From: an uncultured Gammaproteobacteria bacterium
Lineage (GTDB): Bacteria; Patescibacteriota; Patescibacteriia; Patescibacteriales; UBA12465
Reading direction: 5' to 3'
DNA length: 64,000 nucleotides
Assembly (NCBI GenBank): GCA_964355275.1
Contig: CAYHCB010000004.1
Coordinates: 22,615-86,614, forward strand
In this document: positions 47,524 through 56,435 of the stretch, piece after piece
How positions within the stretch are numbered: position 1 is the first letter of the stretch
Layout: each line of letters begins with the position of its first letter
The notes under the pieces: model-generated
The model's database searches: none
The model's input: the letters and a program-made list of their open reading frames with translations, nothing else
What the model was told of the DNA's origin: nothing
Made by a program: the position numbers and the translations under genes

Positions 47524-47940
47524 TTAATTTTTGGTTTTTATTTCGATCTGACTACCGCGAACTTTTTGAAGGGTAATGGTTAATATGCCATTTTCTAAAA
47601 TAGCATCTACCTGATGGTTATCAACTTCGGCCGGTAAAATAATTGAACGAGAAAATGATCCAAAATAACACTCTTTATAAAAATAATCTTCTTCTCTTAC
47701 GCTGTTATTTTCTTGACGACTACCTTTAATGGTTAATAAATCGTTATGAAGAGATATTTTTAAATCTTCTGGTTTAACTCCAGCGATAGTAGATTTTATA
47801 ATAATTTCTTGAGGAGTTTGATAAACATCAACTGATAGTTGACCCTCTAAATCTTTTTCACCAGTCCACTGACTAATAGACGGAGAGTTATCATTATCCA
47901 TTTCAGTTTGATTTTTTTTGGCAAATAAGTTGTTAAGCAT
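47524..47940 (-). CDS. Hsp20/alpha-crystallin small heat-shock protein
   Basis: 138 aa with an alpha-crystallin domain including GSFSRSIILP...GILTITL. Confidence 0.85.
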   Translation of the reverse strand: MLNNLFAKKNQTEMDNDNSPSISQWTGEKDLEGQLSVDVYQTPQEIIIKSTIAGVKPEDLKISLHNDLLTIKGSRQENNSVREEDYFYKECYFGSFSRSIILPAEVDNHQVDAILENGILTITLQKVRGSQIEIKTKN

Positions 47941-47960
47941 AATAGTATGAGTATTTGATG

Positions 47961-48034
47961 TGGGCCCGTGCAGACTCGAACTGCAGACCTCTACGATGTC
48001 AACGTAGCGCTCTAACCAACTGAGCTACGAGCCC
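47961..48034 (-). tRNA. tRNA-Val (anticodon GAC)
   Basis: Reverse complement: GGGCTCGTAGCTCAGTTGGTTAGAGC, anticodon loop TTGACAT, T-loop TTCGAGT. Confidence 0.9.
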
Positions 48035-48134
48035 ATTAGAGCTCACCACAATTTAATCAATATTTATAATGGTATCAGCTTTATCTCTAAAAGTAAATAA
48101 TAAAAAATGCCCGATTTTGTCAGTCATTTTTTTG

Positions 48135-48207
48135 TGCGCCCAGATGGAATCGAACCATCGACCCCCGCTTTATAAGAGCGGTGCTCTAACCGCTGAGCCA
48201 TGGGCGC
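48135..48207 (-). tRNA. tRNA-Ile (anticodon TAT)
   Basis: Reverse complement: acceptor GCGCCCA/TGGGCGC, anticodon stem CCGCT/AGCGG with loop CTTATAA, T-loop TTCGATT, A73. Confidence 0.8.
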
Positions 48208-48277
48208 TCTTAGTTATTTTTATTAATCTCCTTTATATATACCACTAGAAACAATAGAGCGCAAGATTGTCTTATAA

Positions 48278-49420
48278 TTATTTTATCAGAGAGTTTAGTT
48301 TAGTTTCTAAGTCAGCTAAATATTTTTGACTAATTTCTTCTAACTTGCCCGGTAATTCGGCTTGCGCAGTTTTAGGACCACCTTCTGGTGAATAATCTTT
48401 TAGTATCTCAAGGGCGTTTATATTTTTTACAGCATAAAGCAATATTTTATTATTTTCATTTTTGGGATTTTCAAAAATAATAGTAATTGCTTTTGCTTCA
48501 GGAATATTTACAATTAATTCATCAATTATATCCGATAAACTATCTTCTAGCGTTTCGGTATCCTTAAAATCATCTCGCTTTACAATAGACCAGATTAATT
48601 GGCCGTTTAAAGATGATTTTAGGTTATTTAAAACCTTTCCCCATAATTTTAAAGTTTTAAAATCTCGTGAGCGGTATAATTTATCGATTATTTGCTCTCT
48701 TCTAGCCCCCAGACTTATTAATTTAGAAGTTGATAGTAATGTTCTTGGTGTTAAATTTGTGGTTTTAAAATTTCTAGTGCTAACAATTATTCCAGTTAGT
48801 AAGCAGGTTGTAATATCTTCATCTAGCAACTCTGGTTTTTGGTTTTGCAGTAAATCAAATAAAATTTCTGAATTTGCCGCCGAGTTAACATCAATTAAAT
48901 TTATTTGGCCGAACTCTTCATTGCCAACCTGGTTGTCAATATTAATAATTGTTGTCTTATAGAAAAATTCAATATTATTATCATAAAGTTTCCCGAGAGA
49001 CTCCAGGTCAGTGGCACCAATTACAATTATTAAATCATATTTAAAAATAGTCGCTGAGGTTGTTATGTCACTATCTTTTGGCCAACCATCTTCTGGGGAG
49101 ATTATAAAATTAATTTTTTCATCAGCAATAGTATATTTTACTTGGCTTATTTTTGTTTGGCTAATGTCGAGCGAAATAATAAATTTACGAAGGTGTTCTA
49201 GCGAATTTTTTATTTCATTATGAGCTGGCAAAAAAGACCAAACTAAACTCTTTGCTGAATTAATAGCAATAATATCTGGGGTTTTTTTTAATTTTTTTAA
49301 AAATAGATAAAAGGCCAGAGACGATGCAACGGCGTCACCATTCCAATCGGCTGGAAATATGATGAGTGGGCGCTCTGATTTTTCTATTTGTTTAAATATT
49401 TGTTGTTGAGTATCAAACAT
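48278..49420 (-). CDS. DHH/DHHA1-family (NrnA-like) protein with degenerate catalytic motifs
   Basis: 380 aa. It is colinear with NrnA-type phosphoesterases, but the motifs read DWNGD, IDNQ (in place of DHH) and EGGP (in place of GGGH). Confidence 0.6.
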   Translation of the reverse strand: MFDTQQQIFKQIEKSERPLIIFPADWNGDAVASSLAFYLFLKKLKKTPDIIAINSAKSLVWSFLPAHNEIKNSLEHLRKFIISLDISQTKISQVKYTIADEKINFIISPEDGWPKDSDITTSATIFKYDLIIVIGATDLESLGKLYDNNIEFFYKTTIINIDNQVGNEEFGQINLIDVNSAANSEILFDLLQNQKPELLDEDITTCLLTGIIVSTRNFKTTNLTPRTLLSTSKLISLGARREQIIDKLYRSRDFKTLKLWGKVLNNLKSSLNGQLIWSIVKRDDFKDTETLEDSLSDIIDELIVNIPEAKAITIIFENPKNENNKILLYAVKNINALEILKDYSPEGGPKTAQAELPGKLEEISQKYLADLETKLNSLIK

Positions 49421-49542
49421 TATATTTTAAGTTTATCGGTGGTTTAACTTATAAATATATATTTATTTTAGGCTTAAGTCAAGGTCTTAAAATATCTGTT
49501 TTTTAGTTGACTATTAGGCTTTTTTTTGTTAATTTAGATGAT

Positions 49543-52170
49543 ATGAAACAAGAGCTAGAAAAGACTTATGTCCCTCAAGATAATGAGGATAAAATTTATA
49601 AAATTTGGGAAGATTCTGGTTTTTTTAATCCCGATAATCTAGACCTAAAAGAAGACGCTCCTTCTTATACTATTGTTTTACCGCCACCAAATATTACCGC
49701 CAATTTACATATTGGGCACAGTTTTATGATAGCAATTGAAGACATGCTTATTCGCTATAAAAGAATGAATGGTTACCGTACTCTTTGGTTGCCAGGAACT
49801 GATCACGCCGCGATTGCGACTCAAATGGTGGTTGAGAAAAAAATATTTCAAGAAACTGGTAAAACTAGACACGATTTAGGTCGTGAAAAGTTACTTGAAG
49901 AAATTTGGAAATTTTTAAGGAGCACTCAGGCAACTATTTTACATCAAACTAAAAAAATGGGCTCATCACTCGATTGGTCTCGCGAAGCTTTTACTTTTGA
50001 TGATTTAAGACAAAAAGCGGTTAATCGAATGTTTGTTGAAATGTATCAAGAAGGAGTAATTTATCGCGGGGAACGTATTGTTAATTGGTGTCCTCATTGT
50101 CACTCTACTTTAGCTGATGACGAGGTTGAATATAAAGAGCAAAACGCTAAATTATATACTTTTAAGTACGATAAAGATTTTCCGATTTCAATTTCTACTA
50201 CTCGACCGGAGACTAAACTGGGGGATACCGCTGTGGCTGTTAATCCTCATGATTTAAAATATCAAAAATATATTGGCAAAGAGTATGTCGTTAATTTTTG
50301 TGGTCAAAAACTGTTAATAAAAATTATTGCTGATCGAAATGTAGACTCAGAATATGGTACTGGCGCGCTAGGTGTTACTCCGGCACACTCGATGGTTGAT
50401 TGGCAAATGGCGGGGTCTAATAATTTACCAATTATTAAAGTAATTAATGAGGATGGCTTGATTTACGGCGGTTTTGATAAATTTTCTGGATTAAAAACGG
50501 AACAAGCGAGAGAAATTATTTTAGAAGAATTAAGAAATCAGGGGTTGATGGAAAAAGAAGAAGATTTAATTAATAATTTATCAGTTTGTTATCGTTGTGA
50601 TACGCCAATTGAACCTATGCCATCTAAACAATGGTTTGTAAGTGTTAATAAAAAATTAGAACGCCTTGATGGACAGTCTATGAAAGAAAAGGCGCTTGAA
50701 TCCGCTAGAAGCAAAAAAATTACCTTTATCCCTGAGCGCTTTGATAAGCGTTATCAGGATTGGATGGAAAATTTACATGATTGGTGTATTTCTCGGCAAA
50801 TTTGGTTTGGTCACAGTATCCCTGTTTGGTATCGTGGCGAGGAAATCTATTGTGGCGAAATTGCCCCCACAGGAAACGATTGGGTAAAAGATGACGACAC
50901 ATTAGATACTTGGTTTTCTTCTGGAATGTGGACTTTTTCTACCCTTGGTTGGCCGGATACTTTTAACAATGGAGTGAAAACTGGTGATTTAGCTAAGTTT
51001 CATCCTACTCAAATACTTGAAACTGGATATGAGATTTTAACTTTATGGGTGTCTCGCATGATAATGATGTCTTTTTTTGCTTTAGGAGAAATTCCTTTTG
51101 AGAAGGTTTATTTACATGGAACGATTTTAGATAAAAATGGGAAGAAAATGAGTAAAAGTAAGGGGAATGGAGTTGACCCCCTAGATGCAATTTCGGAATA
51201 TGGCGCCGATGCTTTGCGCTTATCTCTTCTTACAGGCTCTACTCCAGGCAACGATAGTCGCTATAGTGAAGACAAGATAGAAGCTAAGAGAAATTTTATA
51301 AATAAATTATGGAATATTTCTCGATATATTTTAAGTAATTTAGAAACAGATATCAGTGCAATCTCAGGAGATGTTATTCCTGAGTCAAAAACTTTAGCTG
51401 ATCGTTGGATTTTAAGTGAGTTAGTTAGTACTAGAAAAAAAATAAAAAATCGTTTGGAAGAATTTGAGTTTTCTTTAGCCGCTGAAGAGTTAACCGATTT
51501 TACTTGGAATAAACTAGCTGATTGGTATTTAGAAATAGCAAAGATAGAAAAAAATAAAGATGATATTTTAATTTATCTTCTTAAAAATATTTTAATTATG
51601 TGGCACCCTTTTATTCCGTATGTTACGGAAACAATTTGGAGCCAATTAGGTGATGGATTATTAATAGTTAAGCAGTGGCCCAAAGATGATGATTTAAATT
51701 CTGACGATGAAGCTGTTAAAAAATTTATTAGCTTACAGGAGATAATTATTCCTATTCGTAATGCTAGAAGTGAAAATAAAATAGAACCGGGACGTAAAAT
51801 TAAAGCTTTAATTTATACTAGTATAAATCAGGAATTTTTAAATGATTCTAAAGAATTAATTAGTGGCCTTAAAACTGGACTTAGTGATTTAGAAATAAAA
51901 GAGAATGGCGATGTTCCGCTTGGAGCAATTACGATTGCCATGCGAGATTTATATATTTATCTGCTCGGTGCCGTAGATGAGGCTAAGGAAAAGGAGCGTT
52001 TAGTAAAGGAAAAAGAAAATTTAGAAAAAATGATAGCTAATTTAAAAGTTAGACTAAATAATAATGAATTTGTAGCTAAAGCGCCAAAGAATATTGTTGA
52101 CGCGGAAACTAAAAAGTTAAATGATTATATTCTGGACTTAGAAAAAGTAAATAAATTAATAAATATATGA
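49543..52170 (+). CDS. valS: Valine--tRNA ligase
   Basis: PPPNITANLHIGH, KMSKSKGN and a C-terminal coiled coil. The start is set at the ATG at 49543 (the track starts at TTG 49507). Confidence 0.9.
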   Translation: MKQELEKTYVPQDNEDKIYKIWEDSGFFNPDNLDLKEDAPSYTIVLPPPNITANLHIGHSFMIAIEDMLIRYKRMNGYRTLWLPGTDHAAIATQMVVEKKIFQETGKTRHDLGREKLLEEIWKFLRSTQATILHQTKKMGSSLDWSREAFTFDDLRQKAVNRMFVEMYQEGVIYRGERIVNWCPHCHSTLADDEVEYKEQNAKLYTFKYDKDFPISISTTRPETKLGDTAVAVNPHDLKYQKYIGKEYVVNFCGQKLLIKIIADRNVDSEYGTGALGVTPAHSMVDWQMAGSNNLPIIKVINEDGLIYGGFDKFSGLKTEQAREIILEELRNQGLMEKEEDLINNLSVCYRCDTPIEPMPSKQWFVSVNKKLERLDGQSMKEKALESARSKKITFIPERFDKRYQDWMENLHDWCISRQIWFGHSIPVWYRGEEIYCGEIAPTGNDWVKDDDTLDTWFSSGMWTFSTLGWPDTFNNGVKTGDLAKFHPTQILETGYEILTLWVSRMIMMSFFALGEIPFEKVYLHGTILDKNGKKMSKSKGNGVDPLDAISEYGADALRLSLLTGSTPGNDSRYSEDKIEAKRNFINKLWNISRYILSNLETDISAISGDVIPESKTLADRWILSELVSTRKKIKNRLEEFEFSLAAEELTDFTWNKLADWYLEIAKIEKNKDDILIYLLKNILIMWHPFIPYVTETIWSQLGDGLLIVKQWPKDDDLNSDDEAVKKFISLQEIIIPIRNARSENKIEPGRKIKALIYTSINQEFLNDSKELISGLKTGLSDLEIKENGDVPLGAITIAMRDLYIYLLGAVDEAKEKERLVKEKENLEKMIANLKVRLNNNEFVAKAPKNIVDAETKKLNDYILDLEKVNKLINI

Positions 52171-52547
52171 CCCTAAAAAAGTATTTAATGTTGACCGCTA
52201 TAGCGACGGCGATATGTTGGACGGTCTTCTTATTTATTTCTAGCGTCGTTAATCCAGAGCTTACTAGTTGGTTAGGATTTTTGTTGTTTTATTTGTCATT
52301 GTTTTTAGCAATTTCTGGTACCGCCTCGCTTTTTGGTTTTTTAGTTAGATTTGTCGCCCTAAAACATGAGCTAGCTTTTTATGCTGTTAAAATAGCCTTT
52401 AGGCAATCATTTTTATTTGCATTATTTATTATTGCAATTTTAATTTTGCTGTCCTACAGTTTATTTACTTGGCTTAATTTATTTATGTTGGTTGCTGTAT
52501 TTGTTATTGCAGAAACATTTATGATAAATTCTCAAAAAACCAGATAA
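52167..52547 (+). CDS. Hypothetical membrane protein
   Basis: 126 aa with 4 TM segments and a 4-nt overlap with valS. Confidence 0.5.
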   Translation: MTLKKYLMLTAIATAICWTVFLFISSVVNPELTSWLGFLLFYLSLFLAISGTASLFGFLVRFVALKHELAFYAVKIAFRQSFLFALFIIAILILLSYSLFTWLNLFMLVAVFVIAETFMINSQKTR

Positions 52548-52557
52548 TGTTAAAAAT

Positions 52558-53586
52558 ATGAAAATAAAGTTACAAAAATTAAAAGAAGAATTTTTAAAAC
52601 AATTAGAAAATATTAGCAGCTCAGATGAACTAAAAGAATTCGAGCTGAAATTTTTATCCCGCAAAGGCGAATTAGCTAAGGTGGTCGGCTCTTTAAAAGA
52701 TTTAAGTGAGGATGCTCGTCGTGAGTTTGGCGCCTTAACTAATGAGGTTAAAACAGAATTACAAACCCAGTTTGAAAATATTAAAAAGACTTTTGAAAAT
52801 AAAAAATTAGATAATTCCTTGAGTGACGTTACTTTGCCTGGTAAAAAAATAGAAAGTGGTCATCTTCACCCACTGACGCTAGTACAAAATGAAGTTGAGG
52901 ATTTATTTACTTCGATGGGTTTTATGGTACTTGACGGTCCAGAACTGGAAAGTGATTACTATAATTTTGAAGCTCTTAATTTACCGCTTCATCATCCGGC
53001 TCGCGACATGCAAGATACTTTTTATGTTGATTTAAAAAATAAAGACGATAAATATGATCTGCTCATGCGCACCCAAACTTCTAATGTTCAGGTTAGGGCA
53101 ATGAAAAAATATGGTGCGCCGCTTAAAGCTATTATTCCCGGACGAGTTTTTCGTTGCGAGGCAACTGACGCTAGACACGAACATACTTTTTATCAGTTAG
53201 AAGGAATTATGATTGATGAAAAAATAAACTTTTCGCATCTAAAAGGATTATGTGAAATTGTTGGCCAAAAACTTTATGGACCGGAAACAAAATTTCGTAT
53301 GCGACCCAAATATTATCCTTTTGTTGAACCAGGCTCTAATGGTGAATATACCTGTTTTTTATGCCAAGGTAAGGGGTGTCGAGTTTGTAAGCACACTGGT
53401 TGGTTAGAAATATTAGGTTGCGGATTAATTCATCCAGATGTTTTACGTGCTGGCGGAATAGACCCTGATAAATACTCTGGTTTAGCTTTTGGTTTCGGTC
53501 TTACTCGCTTGGCTATGCTTAAATATGGAATCGATGATGTTCGTCTGCTTATGTCCGGCGACCAACGTTTTCTTGAACAATTCTAA
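52558..53586 (+). CDS. pheS: Phenylalanine--tRNA ligase alpha subunit
   Basis: 342 aa with HPARDMQDTFY, FRCE and GFGLTRL motifs. Confidence 0.9.
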   Translation: MKIKLQKLKEEFLKQLENISSSDELKEFELKFLSRKGELAKVVGSLKDLSEDARREFGALTNEVKTELQTQFENIKKTFENKKLDNSLSDVTLPGKKIESGHLHPLTLVQNEVEDLFTSMGFMVLDGPELESDYYNFEALNLPLHHPARDMQDTFYVDLKNKDDKYDLLMRTQTSNVQVRAMKKYGAPLKAIIPGRVFRCEATDARHEHTFYQLEGIMIDEKINFSHLKGLCEIVGQKLYGPETKFRMRPKYYPFVEPGSNGEYTCFLCQGKGCRVCKHTGWLEILGCGLIHPDVLRAGGIDPDKYSGLAFGFGLTRLAMLKYGIDDVRLLMSGDQRFLEQF

Positions 53587-53597
53587 TTTTTAATATT

Positions 53598-56018
53598 ATG
53601 TTATTATCCCTTAATTGGTTAAAAGATTTTGTAAAATTATCACATAATTTTAGTCCTGAGGATTTAGCCTTAAGATTATCAATGCACACCGTTGAAGTGG
53701 AGGGTTGGATAGATCAGGCAATTAATTTTAAAGGTGTTGTTGTTGGTAAAGTTATTGAGGTAGAGAAACATCCAAATGCCGATAGATTAAGAATTACTAA
53801 AGTAGATATAAAAAAAGAAATTCTATCTATAGTTTGTGGCGCGCCTAATGTCGCGATTGGACAATTTGTTCCCGTGGCTACAGTCGGAACTATTTTGCCA
53901 AATGGTTTGGAAATTAAAGATTCAGAAATTAGAGGCGAAAAATCTTTTGGTATGATTTGCGCTGAGGATGAGCTTAGTTTAGGCAGTAATCATGAAGGAA
54001 TAATGGTTTTAAATAAAAAAGCTAAAATTGGTCAACCTTTAGCAGAATATTTGAATTTAAATGATATTATTTTAGAAATTGATAATAAGTCATTATCCAA
54101 TCGTTCTGATTTATGGGGGCATTATGGTATGGCTCGTGAAATCGGAGCCTTCTATAATTTAGATTTAAAAAGTTATGCTAGTTTTTTAGAACCAGCAATT
54201 ATAGAAGGGGCAGAAAAAATAGAAGTTAAGGTGGAAGAAAAAAAATTATGTCCTCGTTATATGGCTCTTGCTTTTAAGGGCTTAAAGATTGAAGAGTCCC
54301 CTAATTGGCTAAAAGATAGGTTAGTTGCAATTGGGCTTAAACCAATTAATAATATTGTTGATATTACTAATTATGTAATGTTTGAAACAGGACAACCCTT
54401 ACACGCTTTTTCTCAAAATAAAGTAGAAAAAATTACAGTTCGACTGGCCGATAAAAATGAACACATCGAAACTTTAGATGGCAAAGAACGAGAATTAAGC
54501 GAAGATATGTTGGTTATCGCTTCACCAGATGGACCAATTGCTATTGCCGGCGTAATGGGTGGAATAAATAGTGCCATAACAAAAGAAACTACAGAAATTA
54601 TTATAGAAGCCGCCAATTTTGAGGCCGTCTCTATTAGAAAAACAGCGGGAAAACTGGGTTTACGTACCGACGCTTCAATTAGATACGAAAAATCTCTAGA
54701 CCCAAATTTAGTAGAAACTGGTTTACGCCGTGCTCACGCTTTACTTAAAAGTATTTGTAAAAATGTTGAAATAAGTAGCGCTATTACTGATATTAGTAAT
54801 TTTTCTTTAAATACTGAGCCAGTAACTTTAAGTCTAGAGTGGGTTTATGAAAAAATTGGTCAAGAAATACCAAAAAAACAAATAATTACTATTTTAGAAA
54901 GATTAGGTTTTTCTATTAAAGAGGAATCTGATAATTTACAAATAATAATTCCTAGTTGGCGCGCCGCCAAAGATATCTCTATTCCAGAGGATATTTTAGA
55001 GGAAATCTTACGTATTTATGGTTATGATAATATTATTTCTTCTGCTCCATTTATTTCTTTAGATCCACCAATTATGCTACCGGAGAGAACACTAGAGAAA
55101 AAGATTAAAGAAATTTTATCAGGCAGTTTATCTTTAACTGAAACTTACAATTATTCTTTTATTGGAGAGAGCCAACTTAAAAAATTAAATGTAGATTTTA
55201 ATAATTATCTTAAATTAGTAAATCCGATATCCGACCAACAAACAATCTTACGTCAAAGTTTAATCGTTGGATTGCTTAGCGATGTTAAAATTAATCAGTT
55301 TAATTATGATGAAATAAGTTTATTTGAGTTAGGTAGGGTTTATTTAGATGCCCCCGGCTCATATGATAAGATTGGTGAAGATAACGAGAGACTGCCTTAT
55401 CAAGAAAAGAGAGTCGCTTTTGTTTTATCAGGAAAAAAAGGAGAATATTTTTCTGAAGCTAAGGGCTTGATAGAAAATATGTTTAAAAATATTTTTCACA
55501 GTACTTGGGAAACAGAATTTGTAGTTGTGGAAGATTTCCCTGCCTATAGCGATAACAATGAATCCGTTAGAGTGAGGGTTGGTAATCATGATATAGGGTT
55601 GATTTCCACAATTAATTCCGAAGTGGCTGGTAAATATGGTTTAAAAAATAAAACAGTTTTTGCTGAACTTAATTTAGCGGAAATATTTATTTTATTTAAA
55701 ACATGTAAAGAATATAAATATGAGTCCGTTCCTAAATATCCAGCTGTTTCTCGTGATTTAGCTTTTGTAGTTGATAGTGGAATGCTGTATAATGATTTAA
55801 GAAGAGAGATGAAATTATTTAATGATTTAATTATTAATGTCGAGTTGTTCGATAGTTATCAGGGGGATAAATTAGGGGATGATAAAAAAAGTTTAGCTTT
55901 TCATATTGTTTATCAGTCGATTGACAGAACTCTGCGAACGGAAGAAGTTGATGCTATCCAGTCAGACTTAATTTTAAGATTAGAAAAAAAATTTGGCGCT
56001 CAAATTAGAAATTTTTAG
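53598..56018 (+). CDS. pheT: Phenylalanine--tRNA ligase beta subunit
   Basis: 806 aa with an N-terminal tRNA-binding OB domain (HPNADRL), a B3/4 domain, B5 and a C-terminal FDX-ACB-like domain. Confidence 0.9.
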   Translation: MLLSLNWLKDFVKLSHNFSPEDLALRLSMHTVEVEGWIDQAINFKGVVVGKVIEVEKHPNADRLRITKVDIKKEILSIVCGAPNVAIGQFVPVATVGTILPNGLEIKDSEIRGEKSFGMICAEDELSLGSNHEGIMVLNKKAKIGQPLAEYLNLNDIILEIDNKSLSNRSDLWGHYGMAREIGAFYNLDLKSYASFLEPAIIEGAEKIEVKVEEKKLCPRYMALAFKGLKIEESPNWLKDRLVAIGLKPINNIVDITNYVMFETGQPLHAFSQNKVEKITVRLADKNEHIETLDGKERELSEDMLVIASPDGPIAIAGVMGGINSAITKETTEIIIEAANFEAVSIRKTAGKLGLRTDASIRYEKSLDPNLVETGLRRAHALLKSICKNVEISSAITDISNFSLNTEPVTLSLEWVYEKIGQEIPKKQIITILERLGFSIKEESDNLQIIIPSWRAAKDISIPEDILEEILRIYGYDNIISSAPFISLDPPIMLPERTLEKKIKEILSGSLSLTETYNYSFIGESQLKKLNVDFNNYLKLVNPISDQQTILRQSLIVGLLSDVKINQFNYDEISLFELGRVYLDAPGSYDKIGEDNERLPYQEKRVAFVLSGKKGEYFSEAKGLIENMFKNIFHSTWETEFVVVEDFPAYSDNNESVRVRVGNHDIGLISTINSEVAGKYGLKNKTVFAELNLAEIFILFKTCKEYKYESVPKYPAVSRDLAFVVDSGMLYNDLRREMKLFNDLIINVELFDSYQGDKLGDDKKSLAFHIVYQSIDRTLRTEEVDAIQSDLILRLEKKFGAQIRNF

Positions 56019-56042
56019 ATTTAATTTAATTATAATATTATT

Positions 56043-56378
56043 ATGTTTGAAACTTCAAGTGATATATTAAATTTAGTTTTGTCAGTTTGTATTGTTGCCT
56101 TAACTTTTTTTCTTTGTTGGGGGATTTATTATTTTGTAGTTGCTGTTCAGAAATGGTATAAAATTACTAGACAAGTAGAAAAAGGTGTAAATGATGTAGA
56201 AGAGATTATTTTAACTGTGAAAGAAAAGCTCCATGGTAGCGCCGCTTATCTTCTTACTTTAGGAGATGTTGCTAAGAGGGTTTTTGAATATGTAAAAGAA
56301 AAAAAAGAGGAAAGGAGCGAGAAGAAAGAAAATACAAAATCAAAATCTAAATCTAAATCAGTGAAAAAGAAGAAATAA
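56043..56378 (+). CDS. Hypothetical membrane-anchored protein with Lys-rich tail
   Basis: 111 aa with one TM segment and a C-terminal KSKSKSKS/KKKK tail. Confidence 0.4.
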   Translation: MFETSSDILNLVLSVCIVALTFFLCWGIYYFVVAVQKWYKITRQVEKGVNDVEEIILTVKEKLHGSAAYLLTLGDVAKRVFEYVKEKKEERSEKKENTKSKSKSKSVKKKK

Positions 56379-56408
56379 AAAAAATCCCGCCATGAGGCGG
56401 GTTTTTTT
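56379..56408. terminator. Bidirectional rho-independent terminator
   Basis: Stem CCCGCC / GGCGGG flanked by A- and T-runs. Confidence 0.8.
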
Positions 56409-56435
56409 ATGATAAGTATACTTTCTTTGGTAAAT

